A program made the position numbers and the translations under genes. From a virus, in IMG/VR virus record IMGVR_UViG_3300025529_000003: 48,626 nucleotides of DNA; one strand, given 5' to 3'. The first letter of the stretch is position 1; every line of letters starts with the position of its first letter. This document shows positions 14,095 through 22,389 of this stretch, piece after piece. Below the pieces are notes generated by a model. The model had not been told where the DNA came from and made no database searches. It worked only from the letters and a program-made list of their open reading frames with translations.

Positions 14095-16089
14095 TCAAAC
14101 CGCCTCCTTGACTTTCAGTTGTTCCGTCTCCACCCTGAGCGTCTTGTCGCCGGCGGAAACGATCAGCCGGATCTGCTGCCCCGGCGTCTCCAGCGGCCGG
14201 GTGATCGATTCGGCATTGTCCAGGAAAATCGGCGCGCATACGCCGTAATGCTCGCTGAGCGTTGCGATGATGTCGAGTCCTACGTTGTGCCGCGCAGCGT
14301 TGTTTAGCGATCCATAGGGAACGCCGTCCACCATGACCTCGCACGTCTCTTCGAGGCCGCCGTGCAAAAGTTGGTTGAAGAGTTTGAACCGAGCCATCCG
14401 GAACTTCGAATTGATCCGGTTTTCCAGCAGATCGACCTTCGCCCGGGTGAACTCGTCGAGCAGATGCAGTTCGTGCTCAAGCCGTTCGAACTCGGCGGCC
14501 AGTTCCTTCTCCTGCTGCTCCAGTTCGGCGATCCGGGCCTCCTGCCGGCGAACGACGTCGAATTTCGCGCGTTTCGACTCAAGCAGTTCCAGCTCGGTCC
14601 GCAGGCCCGCCAGTTCGAGCCGAACCTTGTCCAGCGCGCTGATGTTGGACGACCTCAGCGCAGCGATCTCGGCCTTCACGACCTCGATTTCCTTCTGCGT
14701 CGCCGTATACCGGGGATCAGCGGCCACGTCCGTCATGCCGGCCTGCAGGTCTGCCAGTTCCTTCTCGGCGACTTCGACGGCCGCCCATCTCGGCCCGCGG
14801 ACTTCCTGCAGTTCGGCCAGCGTCCGTTCGTGCTCGGCCTTCTCCTTGTTGAGTCGTTCGATTTCGGCGACTTTTGCCTTCCCGCGCTGGTTGATCGCCT
14901 CCAGCCGCTCGGCCTTGCGCCGGTTGAACTCGGCCTCTGCCTTCTGCCGGGCGGCAGCGACTTGCTCTTCCGGCAACGCCTGCCCGCACGTAGGGCAGTT
15001 GGCGTCTCCGCAACTCGATGCATCGAACTGCTCGGCATTGACCCGGCGCCATTCTTCGCGGAGCCGGGCGGCTTCCTCGTTGAGCTCGGCGATTTCGCGC
15101 TCGATCGCTTCGATGCGGCGCCGGCGATCCTGGATGCCGTAGTCCGCTTCCTCAGCCTGCCGGCGCAGCTCTGCGATCTCCTGCCGTTTCGCTGCCAGCT
15201 TGTCCATCGTTCCGGCCTGCAGCTCGTTCTTGATGGCCAGAAGTTCGGCCTCGAGTTCGCGCTGCCGCCGTTCCTTCTCGGCGATCTCGCCGCCGTTCTG
15301 GATTCGCGTCAGTTCGGCTTGCTTCGCGTCGATCTGCGCTTTCAGCGCCTCGATTTTCTCGTGCAGCTCGTCCTCGCTGTAGCCGCTGACGTCCGGCTTC
15401 GCGCGGTTCGCTTCATCAATCCGGTCCGGGATGCGCTCGAGCTCATCGTTGATCTCCTTGCGACGAGCCAGCACCACTTTGCGATGCTGTTCGATCGTTC
15501 GGCCGCCCAGAATCGCCGGCAGGTCCGCCAATTCCGCGCGCGACGCGATCACTTCGTCGTCCTTCAGGTCGCCGCAGACCGTCAATAGGATTTTCCGCCG
15601 GTCCTGCCACTTCAATTGCTCATTGAAGTATCGCGGATCAGTCAGCAGGCGGAAAATGTCCTCGTCGACGATTTTGGCGACCTCCGCCTCATACTCGCTC
15701 TTCTTGACCGGGACGCCGTCAACGAAATAATCCGTCGTGTGCCCCGAAAACACGGCCTCCACTCTGCCGCGGGTCTTTGTCCACTTCTCGCGATATACTT
15801 TCCGAAGTGTCGTCCGGCGGCCATCGATCAGCAGAACTCCTTCGACTTCGTGCTCGAGGTTGTGAATCGGCGTGCCGTCCGGCCGCAGCGTCTTGATTTC
15901 AAAGTTGCCCGTGCTCTTGTTCTCGCTGTCCTTGTCGAAGAGAAGCCAGTTCCAGGCGTCGAACAGCGTGGTCTTGCCCGCAGCATTGTCTCCGTAGACG
16001 TTCACGTTTGCGCCGCGGGCATCCAGCGTGAAATCCCGGATGCCCTTGAAATTACGGAGCGTGAGACGCTCCAGAACGATCTGCTTCAT
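14095..16089 (-). CDS. SbcC/Rad50-like AAA ATPase with coiled coil and zinc hook.
   Basis: Walker A GDNAAGKTT. Long Glu/Arg/Ala coiled coil. CGDANCPTCG hook. C-terminal IFLDNAES. Confidence 0.8.
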   Translation of the reverse strand: MKQIVLERLTLRNFKGIRDFTLDARGANVNVYGDNAAGKTTLFDAWNWLLFDKDSENKSTGNFEIKTLRPDGTPIHNLEHEVEGVLLIDGRRTTLRKVYREKWTKTRGRVEAVFSGHTTDYFVDGVPVKKSEYEAEVAKIVDEDIFRLLTDPRYFNEQLKWQDRRKILLTVCGDLKDDEVIASRAELADLPAILGGRTIEQHRKVVLARRKEINDELERIPDRIDEANRAKPDVSGYSEDELHEKIEALKAQIDAKQAELTRIQNGGEIAEKERRQRELEAELLAIKNELQAGTMDKLAAKRQEIAELRRQAEEADYGIQDRRRRIEAIEREIAELNEEAARLREEWRRVNAEQFDASSCGDANCPTCGQALPEEQVAAARQKAEAEFNRRKAERLEAINQRGKAKVAEIERLNKEKAEHERTLAELQEVRGPRWAAVEVAEKELADLQAGMTDVAADPRYTATQKEIEVVKAEIAALRSSNISALDKVRLELAGLRTELELLESKRAKFDVVRRQEARIAELEQQEKELAAEFERLEHELHLLDEFTRAKVDLLENRINSKFRMARFKLFNQLLHGGLEETCEVMVDGVPYGSLNNAARHNVGLDIIATLSEHYGVCAPIFLDNAESITRPLETPGQQIRLIVSAGDKTLRVETEQLKVKEAV

Positions 16090-16304
16090 GCAATCGCGCC
16101 CTCCTCTTGATCGACTTCAAACCTTCCGACCGTCCTGCCGCCTACCCGGATCGCTCCATCTTCGTAAAAATCAACGAAGCTGGAGGCGAGGGCTTGATTC
16201 CTTCGCACTTCCCCGATCAGGAAGTCATAAGTGACCTCGCCGTCACAGTGGGCTTCCCATGATTTCGAATCACGGCCCACGTTAATAAACCGAACTTTCG
16301 GCAT
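16086..16304 (-). CDS. Hypothetical 72-aa protein.
   Basis: GGAGG RBS. Overlaps the ATPase start. Confidence 0.5.
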   Translation of the reverse strand: MPKVRFINVGRDSKSWEAHCDGEVTYDFLIGEVRRNQALASSFVDFYEDGAIRVGGRTVGRFEVDQEEGAIA

Positions 16305-16388
16305 CTCATTGCCTCCTTGTTGCCATTCCCCGTCCGTGGTAAAATGGCGGTGATAAGCAGATTTGCTGATGGCCCGCCTGCCCGCGGG

Positions 16389-16511
16389 TCATTCTTCGTT
16401 TTCGCAGTCTTCGCAGAGTCGCGGGAAACCTTCCGGTTCGCCTTCTTCGATGTAGCCGCCACAACGATTGCACAACGTTCCGTCCAGCATCATGTCGGCT
16501 ATGTCGCCCAT
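16389..16511 (-). CDS. Small zinc-ribbon protein, 40 aa.
   Basis: CNRC...CEDC. GGAAGGTGAT RBS. Confidence 0.45.
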   Translation of the reverse strand: MGDIADMMLDGTLCNRCGGYIEEGEPEGFPRLCEDCENEE

Positions 16512-16647
16512 TGGATCACCTTCCTTTCGTTGGTTTGGCGGGCAGTTGCTGCCCGTGATGCGTCAGCCGCATCGTGGAGCGCTCGAAGTCATCGGTGCAG
16601 GGGGTGGGACACCTCGTTCGAACGCTCAACGACGGGGCCGACGGCCC

Positions 16648-16851
16648 CTATGAGGCGTTTGCTGCCGGCTTCTGCCGGTTCAGATGCGTCCGGATCGTTT
16701 CTGCGATCTCTGCGAGTTGGTCGTCATCTACCTGCAGCCGAACTTCCGTCCCGGCGCCGGAAATCACCAGCTCCGGCGGCGTCCAACGTGATCCGGGTTC
16801 CACTTCGACACGGATAATCGCACGCGAAAGATCGACCGTAAATTCCGCCAT
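16648..16851 (-). CDS. Hypothetical 67-aa protein.
   Basis: ORF 16648..16977 trimmed to the ATG after AAGGAG. Confidence 0.45.
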   Translation of the reverse strand: MAEFTVDLSRAIIRVEVEPGSRWTPPELVISGAGTEVRLQVDDDQLAEIAETIRTHLNRQKPAANAS

Positions 16852-16855
16852 CCCG

Positions 16856-17068
16856 TCACGCTCCTTTCTTCTGCTGGAGTTCAGATACCGCCCGGCATAG
16901 GCGGGCGAACGTTTCAGGCGCGATCTCTTCCGGATGCCGGCAATGCAACCCGTTCGCCAGCGTCTCCCGGACCGCATCCTCGATCGTGAGCCCGCGACAC
17001 ATCACCCGGCAGTAGGCCATCGTGACGGCCGCCTTTTCCGCTTTCTTCGAAATCCAGCGGAACTTCAT
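16856..17068 (-). CDS. Hypothetical 70-aa protein.
   Basis: GGAAGGGGA RBS. Confidence 0.45.
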   Translation of the reverse strand: MKFRWISKKAEKAAVTMAYCRVMCRGLTIEDAVRETLANGLHCRHPEEIAPETFARLCRAVSELQQKKGA

Positions 17069-17337
17069 AATTGCCGTTCCCCTTCCCGCGCCCCCGCAAG
17101 GCGTGGTATAATAAAAGAAAGCATATTTTCAAACCGCACTATCCGAGACGTCCGGCCCGCCCGCCGGGCGTTTCGCTTTTCTTCGCGCGCGAAACGGATC
17201 AGTTTCCGCAGGTACGCTTCCATGTCCGCGCGTTTCGCAGGGTCGATCCTATCCGGATGCTTCCGGATCCATTCGAGATTGTGCTGCGCCCGCCGAGCTG
17301 CAGCCTCAGCTTCACGCGCCAGTGCTTGTCTGTCCAA
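17065..17337 (-). CDS. Hypothetical basic 90-aa protein with a TTG start.
   Basis: GGAGGG lies 7 nt before the in-frame TTG at 17337. Confidence 0.35.
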   Translation of the reverse strand: MDRQALAREAEAAARRAQHNLEWIRKHPDRIDPAKRADMEAYLRKLIRFAREEKRNARRAGRTSRIVRFENMLSFIIPRLAGAREGERQL

Positions 17338-17548
17338 CTGTCTTCCCTCCTTCGGTTTTTTGGCGGATTTCCTCCCGAACCAGCTCGAACGCCTTGAGCA
17401 CGTTCCTGATGCTCTGGATTTGCTCGAAAGGTTTGTCGGGGCTCGAAACAATCGCTACAACCGCACCGACAACGAATTCATATCCGCCCGTCGTGCCATC
17501 CATGTGCTTGCGCAAAAATTCCGAAAATCCCTTGACTGTGGTGATCAA
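17312..17548 (-). CDS. Hypothetical 78-aa protein.
   Basis: GAAGGGAGGA RBS before the TTG start. Confidence 0.45.
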   Translation of the reverse strand: MITTVKGFSEFLRKHMDGTTGGYEFVVGAVVAIVSSPDKPFEQIQSIRNVLKAFELVREEIRQKTEGGKTVGQTSTGA

Positions 17549-17563
17549 TGAACAGTCCTCCCT

Positions 17564-17827
17564 TCATCCAACCCCGACCATGCCGAGAATCGTCTGCATG
17601 ATCTGTAGCCCATCCAAGCCGCAAAAGTACGCGACCGCAACCTCGTGCGCGTTCGTCTCGCGGAGCCAGCGGAGGAATATTGACGCCGTCGGCTCCTTCG
17701 AACCAGTCTCGAATTTCGAAATGTCCGACTGGTTGTAGTGGAGCCGATCAGCTAATTCCTCCTGGCTGAGTCCGGCCCGGAGGCGCACAGCTTTCAAAAT
17801 TGCACCCAAATCGCCTTTCACGTTCAC
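17564..17827 (-). CDS. XRE-family HTH protein.
   Basis: LRAGLSQEELADRLHYNQSDISKFETG. Confidence 0.7.
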   Translation of the reverse strand: MNVKGDLGAILKAVRLRAGLSQEELADRLHYNQSDISKFETGSKEPTASIFLRWLRETNAHEVAVAYFCGLDGLQIMQTILGMVGVG

Positions 17828-17944
17828 CCCCCCTTCATTCCATCTCGGAATGGCACAGGGGTAAGATCGCGAGATATTCTAGTTGTGGCCCAACCCTACA
17901 CCATCCCTGTGCCGCCAGCTCGCGTTGGGCTGGCGGGCTTTTTG

Positions 17945-18238
17945 TCATGCGACCGAGTCGCCGCAGTGGATGCTCTCAAGTTCGAGTTGATCCAGAACCT
18001 TGTCCAGCGTGGAAGCTCGCAGGACAATGCGTCCAGCCAACCTTGAAACCGGGATCACTCTCTCTCGGATCAACTTCCGTACCGTGTCCGGGTGGACGCC
18101 GAGATAGATCGCGGCTTCTTCAACCGTCAGCGTCGCCCGCTTGACCGTTTGCTGCTGCTTGATCTCTGCGGAGACCATTGCGGGCAGGACGGATTCGACG
18201 AATTGTTTGAGCGCTTCAATGAGGGTTTGTTCTTGCAT
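17945..18238 (-). CDS. Excisionase-family (MerR-like) HTH DNA-binding protein.
   Basis: TVEEAAIYLGVHPDTVRKLIRERVIPVSRLAGRIVL. Confidence 0.65.
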   Translation of the reverse strand: MQEQTLIEALKQFVESVLPAMVSAEIKQQQTVKRATLTVEEAAIYLGVHPDTVRKLIRERVIPVSRLAGRIVLRASTLDKVLDQLELESIHCGDSVA

Positions 18239-18250
18239 GGTGATCCTCCT

Positions 18251-18496
18251 TTATGCGGTTATTTGCAACCTCGAAATAACGGTTTCCGTTAGTTTGTCAT
18301 CAAAAAAAACTTCGACTGGTTCTCCGAGGACATTGGCAATTACTTTCAGTCGCTCAACGTCCAGGCTGGTGTCACCATTTGCAATGTGACGATAACCCTG
18401 AAGCGAAAGGCCCAGCGCATTCGCCAGCCTAGTCTTGGTCACACCTTTTGCCTTTCTAATTTTCTCTACATTTACGTGCACCACCCTAATCACCAC
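18251..18496 (-). CDS. Cro-like XRE HTH regulator. Exact start uncertain.
   Basis: KGVTKTRLANALGLSLQGYRHIANG. Divergent from the repressor gene. Confidence 0.7.
   Translation of the reverse strand: MVIRVVHVNVEKIRKAKGVTKTRLANALGLSLQGYRHIANGDTSLDVERLKVIANVLGEPVEVFFDDKLTETVISRLQITA
18277..18291. promoter_or_regulatory. Operator-like palindrome TAACG-N5-CGTTA, the remote copy at the 3' end of cro.
   Basis: taacggtttccgtta. Confidence 0.55.
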
Positions 18497-18503
18497 CTTC
18501 CAA

Positions 18504-18518
18504 CTAACGCGATCCGTT
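18504..18518. promoter_or_regulatory. Operator-like palindrome TAACG-N5-CGTTA.
   Basis: taacgcgatccgtta in the cI/cro intergenic region. Confidence 0.6.
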
Positions 18519-18530
18519 ACTTAAATAATA

Positions 18531-18545
18531 CTAACGACTTCCGTT
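18531..18545. promoter_or_regulatory. Operator-like palindrome TAACG-N5-CGTTA.
   Basis: taacgacttccgtta in the cI/cro intergenic region. Confidence 0.6.
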
Positions 18546-18632
18546 AGTGTCAAGTGCTTTTTCTCATTTTTCGTTATTTATATATCGTTTTACGTTAGCT
18601 GTTGGTATCATATTCGCAAGGAGGCAAGAGCG

Positions 18633-18995
18633 ATGTCGTCAGTAGGCGAGAGAATTAAGCGGCTCCGCAAGGAGAGAGGATGGACGCAAGCCGAGTTGGC
18701 TAAGCGAGTGAATAAATCTCCCCAGGTAATTTCAAATTGGGAACGTGATTATACTTCACTTTCCCATGATGATGTCGCTGGGCTCGCGAGAGCATTTCAA
18801 GTACCAGCAGATGTGATACTTGAGACTTCAAAAACCTCAGAAAATCAACTGAACCGCGATCTAATGATCACGGCTCAAAAAATCGAAGAACTTGCAAGGA
18901 AATATAATTTAAAAGTCTCAGACCCTGAGTTCCAAGAAATACTTACGAAGGCGTTTGATCTCGCACTCATTGTGAACAGAAAGGAGACGGAGTAA
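18633..18995 (+). CDS. cI-like XRE repressor, 120 aa, with no S24 peptidase domain.
   Basis: RKERGWTQAELAKRVNKSPQVISNWERD HTH. AAGGAGG RBS. Short helical C-terminus only. Confidence 0.75.
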   Translation: MSSVGERIKRLRKERGWTQAELAKRVNKSPQVISNWERDYTSLSHDDVAGLARAFQVPADVILETSKTSENQLNRDLMITAQKIEELARKYNLKVSDPEFQEILTKAFDLALIVNRKETE

Positions 18996-19152
18996 TTCAT
19001 TCAACAACTGTTCCTTAAAGACAAATACATTGTTCTGGCCCTTCGCCATACAAGTCACCGTCCTGTATGTATTAAACTAGAGCAACAGCGACGTATATAA
19101 GAACGGCTTCTTAGAAAGACCGCTAAGCGGGAATTTTTGTGAGGTAGTTATT

Positions 19153-19181
19153 ATTTTACGAACATATGTTTGTGTTTTCAA
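19153..19181 (-). promoter_or_regulatory. Near-consensus sigma-A promoter with a LexA (Cheo) box in the spacer, firing antisense toward cI and cro.
   Basis: Minus strand TTGAAA-17-TAAAAT. Box CGAACATATGTTTG at 19159-19172. Confidence 0.6.
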
Positions 19182-19217
19182 GGAAAATTATTCGGTAGCA
19201 CTGCAAGGGGTTACGGC

Positions 19218-19463
19218 ATGGAGTTCTACCCGGACAAATGCCGCGTCCCCGAATTGTTGCGCGAAAGGCATATTGAGCCAGTCGATTTTTATACAGACCC
19301 ACGGATCAATTGGTCAAAGCAGCAATACTACGCTTACGCTAGCGGACGCAGAAAGATGTCAGCTAGTCAGATGAAGAAATGTGGACACTACTTTGGCCTT
19401 CCCATGGATGATATTTACACATGGAAAGTGATTCCTTCGCGCAAAGGGGCCGGTAAAAAATGA
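19218..19463 (+). CDS. Hypothetical 81-aa lysogeny-module protein.
   Basis: ORF 19170..19463 trimmed to the ATG after AAGGGG. Confidence 0.5.
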   Translation: MEFYPDKCRVPELLRERHIEPVDFYTDPRINWSKQQYYAYASGRRKMSASQMKKCGHYFGLPMDDIYTWKVIPSRKGAGKK

Positions 19464-19583
19464 GAACAGTAATATTCGCTGTTCTCAGCCCGGGAGGTAA
19501 AACAATTGTATTACCGCGCTAATAATAAGACAATGTTAGCGTTTACCATTTATTCATAAACTATTTGTAATCAAGGAGGAGAT

Positions 19584-19799
19584 ATGATGATCATATTTAT
19601 CTTAATTTGTCTAGTGGTTGGTCTTTTCCTCGGCGTAATTTTAGCCGGCGGAAATGGAATAATCACGCTTTTTTCCGATCCTATCGAGTGCCCAGCATGC
19701 GGTCGAAAGATCAAGGTCCGGGGCAATTCTACGCGCTGCTATAAATGCAGGTCGAAATTGTACAAGCATGCGAACGGTCAATATATGGTTCGGCAGTAA
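19584..19799 (+). CDS. Membrane-anchored zinc-ribbon protein, 71 aa.
   Basis: N-terminal TM segment IIFILICLVVGLFLGVILAG. CPACG...CYKC. AAGGAGG RBS. Confidence 0.6.
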   Translation: MMIIFILICLVVGLFLGVILAGGNGIITLFSDPIECPACGRKIKVRGNSTRCYKCRSKLYKHANGQYMVRQ

Positions 19800-19826
19800 A
19801 CAGGATGATAGACTGGGGTCTTATGA

Positions 19827-20255
19827 ATGAACGATTTTTTTGATTGGGACGACTATGAAAGAACCGGGTTCCATTTTTTGAACAAAGCCAAAGAATATCA
19901 GGATGATCCTTATCAACTTCATTTTGTGTATAACGGATTCATAAAATTGTTTTTTAAACATAGAAATCGCGTTCCTGATGCAGAAGACAAACTAATAACG
20001 ATATGTAAATTAGACATTGAATTGTTCCCGAAATTTCGTGAAGCATGGTTTGAGAAGAACCCAGATTATATATCTCTTCCACGAATACCATCATTTCAAC
20101 GCCTCATTCAGGTATATGAAAAACGAAACCAGATAAATGAAGCAATTCAAATATGCAAGCTGGCAATTCAATATGGATTGGATGATGGTACAAAGGGCGG
20201 ATTTGAAGCTAGATTAGAAAAATTGAGGAAAAAGCAAATCAAGGTAAGCTGGTGA
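19827..20255 (+). CDS. Hypothetical 142-aa protein, AT-rich accessory gene.
   Basis: ORF with helical-repeat-like composition. No family recognised. Confidence 0.5.
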   Translation: MNDFFDWDDYERTGFHFLNKAKEYQDDPYQLHFVYNGFIKLFFKHRNRVPDAEDKLITICKLDIELFPKFREAWFEKNPDYISLPRIPSFQRLIQVYEKRNQINEAIQICKLAIQYGLDDGTKGGFEARLEKLRKKQIKVSW

Positions 20256-20545
20256 TAGTGTTGGCTCTTCGATATCGTCTCCAGGTAAACACGTCTCCGA
20301 AAAAGATCGCCATCTTCAAACCTGACGAGCAGCATTTGCCTGACGAGAAAAAGACGTTCTTCGCTGAACTCTCGTTCGGTACATACGACGAGTCGACCGT
20401 CATGCTGACAGCCGACGATCTCATTGTCGACGAAAACGGCCGGATCGGCATCGATCGCGAACTGCTCAACCAGCTACCGGCCGGCGCGAGGTTCGGAATT
20501 ACATCTGAGGAGCTGGTGAAGTTCAAAAATCGCTTCCGCCCGTAA
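20252..20545 (+). CDS. Hypothetical 97-aa protein.
   Basis: GTG start overlaps the upstream stop (GTGA). Confidence 0.4.
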   Translation: MIVLALRYRLQVNTSPKKIAIFKPDEQHLPDEKKTFFAELSFGTYDESTVMLTADDLIVDENGRIGIDRELLNQLPAGARFGITSEELVKFKNRFRP

Positions 20546-20557
20546 GGGCTTTTTTTC
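20538..20557 (+). terminator. Weak intrinsic terminator.
   Basis: GCCC-gtaa-GGGC followed by TTTTTTTC. Confidence 0.4.
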
Positions 20558-20601
20558 TCCTGTACTATCCGAACATTTATTCGCTTCAAGGAGGGATTAT
20601 C

Positions 20602-22089
20602 GTGGCGTCGTTTGAACGAAGGGGGAAAAATTCATGGCGTCTGGTCCTCTCTCTCGGGTTTGGACCGAACGGAAAACGGATGAAGCAGTATCAATCGCTG
20701 GTAATAGAAGATCCAGCACTGCAACAGTCCATCTCGGCTCTGGATGAGATCGATCCCAATATTCTCAAGTCAGCAAATAATCTGAACCGATTTATCGAAA
20801 GTAAAGAGGCGACTTCGACGGCGATTCGGCATGCGAAAAAGTTGAACCAACATTTCCAGGACGAATACCTCAAGTTTAAGTATCAGGCCGAAACCGGATC
20901 GCTTGTGAGGGTAAAAAAGATCAAGTTCGCGGACTTCGTAGAAATTTGGCGCGAAAAATACGGATCAGATCCAGAAAAGCTCTCACCAGCGACTTACTCC
21001 AACTACAACATCGTCATCAATTCACGGCTCATTCCGGCTTTTGGACATTTCTGGATCGATGAGATCACGCCGCTCATGATCCTGTCGTTTCTAAAAGATT
21101 TGGAGAAACCAGGCGCCAGGCTGACTCCGAAAATGTCCGGAACACTGACCGAACGGCAAAAGGAAAAACTGATGAAACCGCTCGATGTAGGAACGATCGG
21201 GTATATTTATCGCGTTCTGAAGAATATACTCAACCGAGCAGTAGAATGGAAACTACTCGCGGAGAATCCGATGAACGGTATTCCGAAACCCGGCGAAAAA
21301 GACCCTAAGAGAAAGCTTCTCGAGCAGCGGGAAAATCCACAGTTTTATGACGAGGCCGAAGCTCAGCGTGTCGTCGATGCGCTCTACAAAGAGTCACGTA
21401 AATGGAGACTCCTGATATTGGGGTCCATGATTGGCGGCGCCCGTCGGGGAGAACTGAACGGTTTGGAATGGCCGTACGTCCATTTTGATGAAGGGTATAT
21501 TTCCATCGAGAACAATATCCCTCTATCGAAAGACGGGAAAGCAGTTGAGAAAGGCCCAAAGTCGATCGCATCATACCGCAACATAGACATGCCGAAATGG
21601 TACATGGATGAGCTGCGGGCGTACAAAGATGAGTGGAATCACGAGAAGGAACAGCTCGAGGCTGAGGGGCTCTGGCAAGGTGGAGACCGTCAGTACGTCT
21701 TCCATAACGGCACCGGCAAGCCGTACTACTACCAGCACCCATCAAAGTGGTGGAAACGGTTCTGTGAGCGGCATGGCATCCGATACATCAAATTCCATGG
21801 CCTCCGGCACAGCTCCGGTACACTGCTGCTTGAAGACGAAGACGTGTCGAATTTTGATTCGATCTTGAAGGTAATCCAGCAACGGCTCGGCCATTCTAGG
21901 TTTTCCACTACGTCGGACATTTATGTGCATGTCACGAAAAAAGTCAAGCGGCGTGCTGCCGGCAAATATGACAAGTTCGCCAGAGGTAATGCTACCATTC
22001 CGAGGGGGGACAATGGGGACAAATTGGGGACACAAATCTTCGGAAATGATCATTTCGAATCGTCCGAAAACAACCTCCCATTGCAATAA
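20602..22089 (+). CDS. int: Tyrosine integrase, large, 495 aa.
   Basis: AGGAGGG RBS with a GTG start. Catalytic ARRGELNGL (R), HGLRHSSGT (HxxR), LGHSRFSTTSDIYVHV (H...Y). Confidence 0.9.
   Translation: MASFERRGKNSWRLVLSLGFGPNGKRMKQYQSLVIEDPALQQSISALDEIDPNILKSANNLNRFIESKEATSTAIRHAKKLNQHFQDEYLKFKYQAETGSLVRVKKIKFADFVEIWREKYGSDPEKLSPATYSNYNIVINSRLIPAFGHFWIDEITPLMILSFLKDLEKPGARLTPKMSGTLTERQKEKLMKPLDVGTIGYIYRVLKNILNRAVEWKLLAENPMNGIPKPGEKDPKRKLLEQRENPQFYDEAEAQRVVDALYKESRKWRLLILGSMIGGARRGELNGLEWPYVHFDEGYISIENNIPLSKDGKAVEKGPKSIASYRNIDMPKWYMDELRAYKDEWNHEKEQLEAEGLWQGGDRQYVFHNGTGKPYYYQHPSKWWKRFCERHGIRYIKFHGLRHSSGTLLLEDEDVSNFDSILKVIQQRLGHSRFSTTSDIYVHVTKKVKRRAAGKYDKFARGNATIPRGDNGDKLGTQIFGNDHFESSENNLPLQ
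22016..22048 (+). repeat. Arm-type repeat cluster (3x GGGGACA) inside the 3' end of int.
   Basis: GGGGACAAT GGGGACAAATT GGGGACACAAA. Confidence 0.6.
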
Positions 22090-22144
22090 ACGCCCATATA
22101 TCGGGCTTTATCGTTCCCGATCATATCACATCAGAAGGCGGAAT

Positions 22145-22194
22145 CTCCTTTGACAGGGTGGGGGTCAGTGGTTCGAGCCCACTACAGATCACCA
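22145..22194 (+). other. tRNA 3'-half-like segment, the candidate attP core.
   Basis: Canonical T arm AGTGG-TTCGAGC-CCACT (22167-22183), then ACAGATC-A-CCA. Immediately downstream of int. Confidence 0.6.
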
Positions 22195-22287
22195 TTACAA
22201 AATGCCCGAGAGCCCTTGCGCAGCAAGGGTTCTCTTCTTTTCCCCTTGCTTCAGATCCGTTCTCTTCGACACCTTGGAACAGCGACT

Positions 22288-22310
22288 GGGGACAATTTGG
22301 GGACACAAGG
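22288..22310 (+). repeat. Arm-type repeat cluster on the other side of the core.
   Basis: GGGGACAATTTGGGGACACAAGG, near-identical to 22025-22047. Confidence 0.6.
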
Positions 22311-22344
22311 CGTCATGTTTCTTCATATTATTTCGTTCGAGATC

Positions 22345-22373
22345 AGAAAAACGGCCGCGGGGATGCCCGCGGC
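22345..22373 (-). terminator. Intrinsic terminator after the yolD-like gene.
   Basis: Minus strand GCCGCGGG-catc-CCCGCGGC followed by CGTTTTTCTG. Confidence 0.7.
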
Positions 22374-22389
22374 TTTCGCATGTTCTGGA

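Noticed and set aside
17912-17943. Plus-oriented terminator-like hairpin (CCGCCAGC-9 nt-GCTGGCGG followed by GCTTTTTG) between two minus-strand HTH genes.
   Set aside because: I found no plausible plus-strand promoter upstream, so an sRNA call is unsupported. In the minus orientation there is no T-run. Possibly an RNA stability or processing element.
18918-19049. A 43-aa minus-strand ORF overlapping the 3' end of cI.
   Set aside because: It has a plausible RBS and sits downstream of the LexA-boxed promoter. But antisense-overlapping micro-ORFs arise easily by chance and no homology is recognisable. It is mentioned within the SOS finding rather than annotated as a gene.
22119-22194. A 76-nt window ending in CCA that could be an intact tRNA gene downstream of int.
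   Set aside because: Only the T arm, the 3' acceptor strand and CCA are tRNA-like. The proposed 5' acceptor GATCATA pairs at only 4 of 7 positions and no D arm forms. Interpreted as the attP core, a tRNA 3' fragment.
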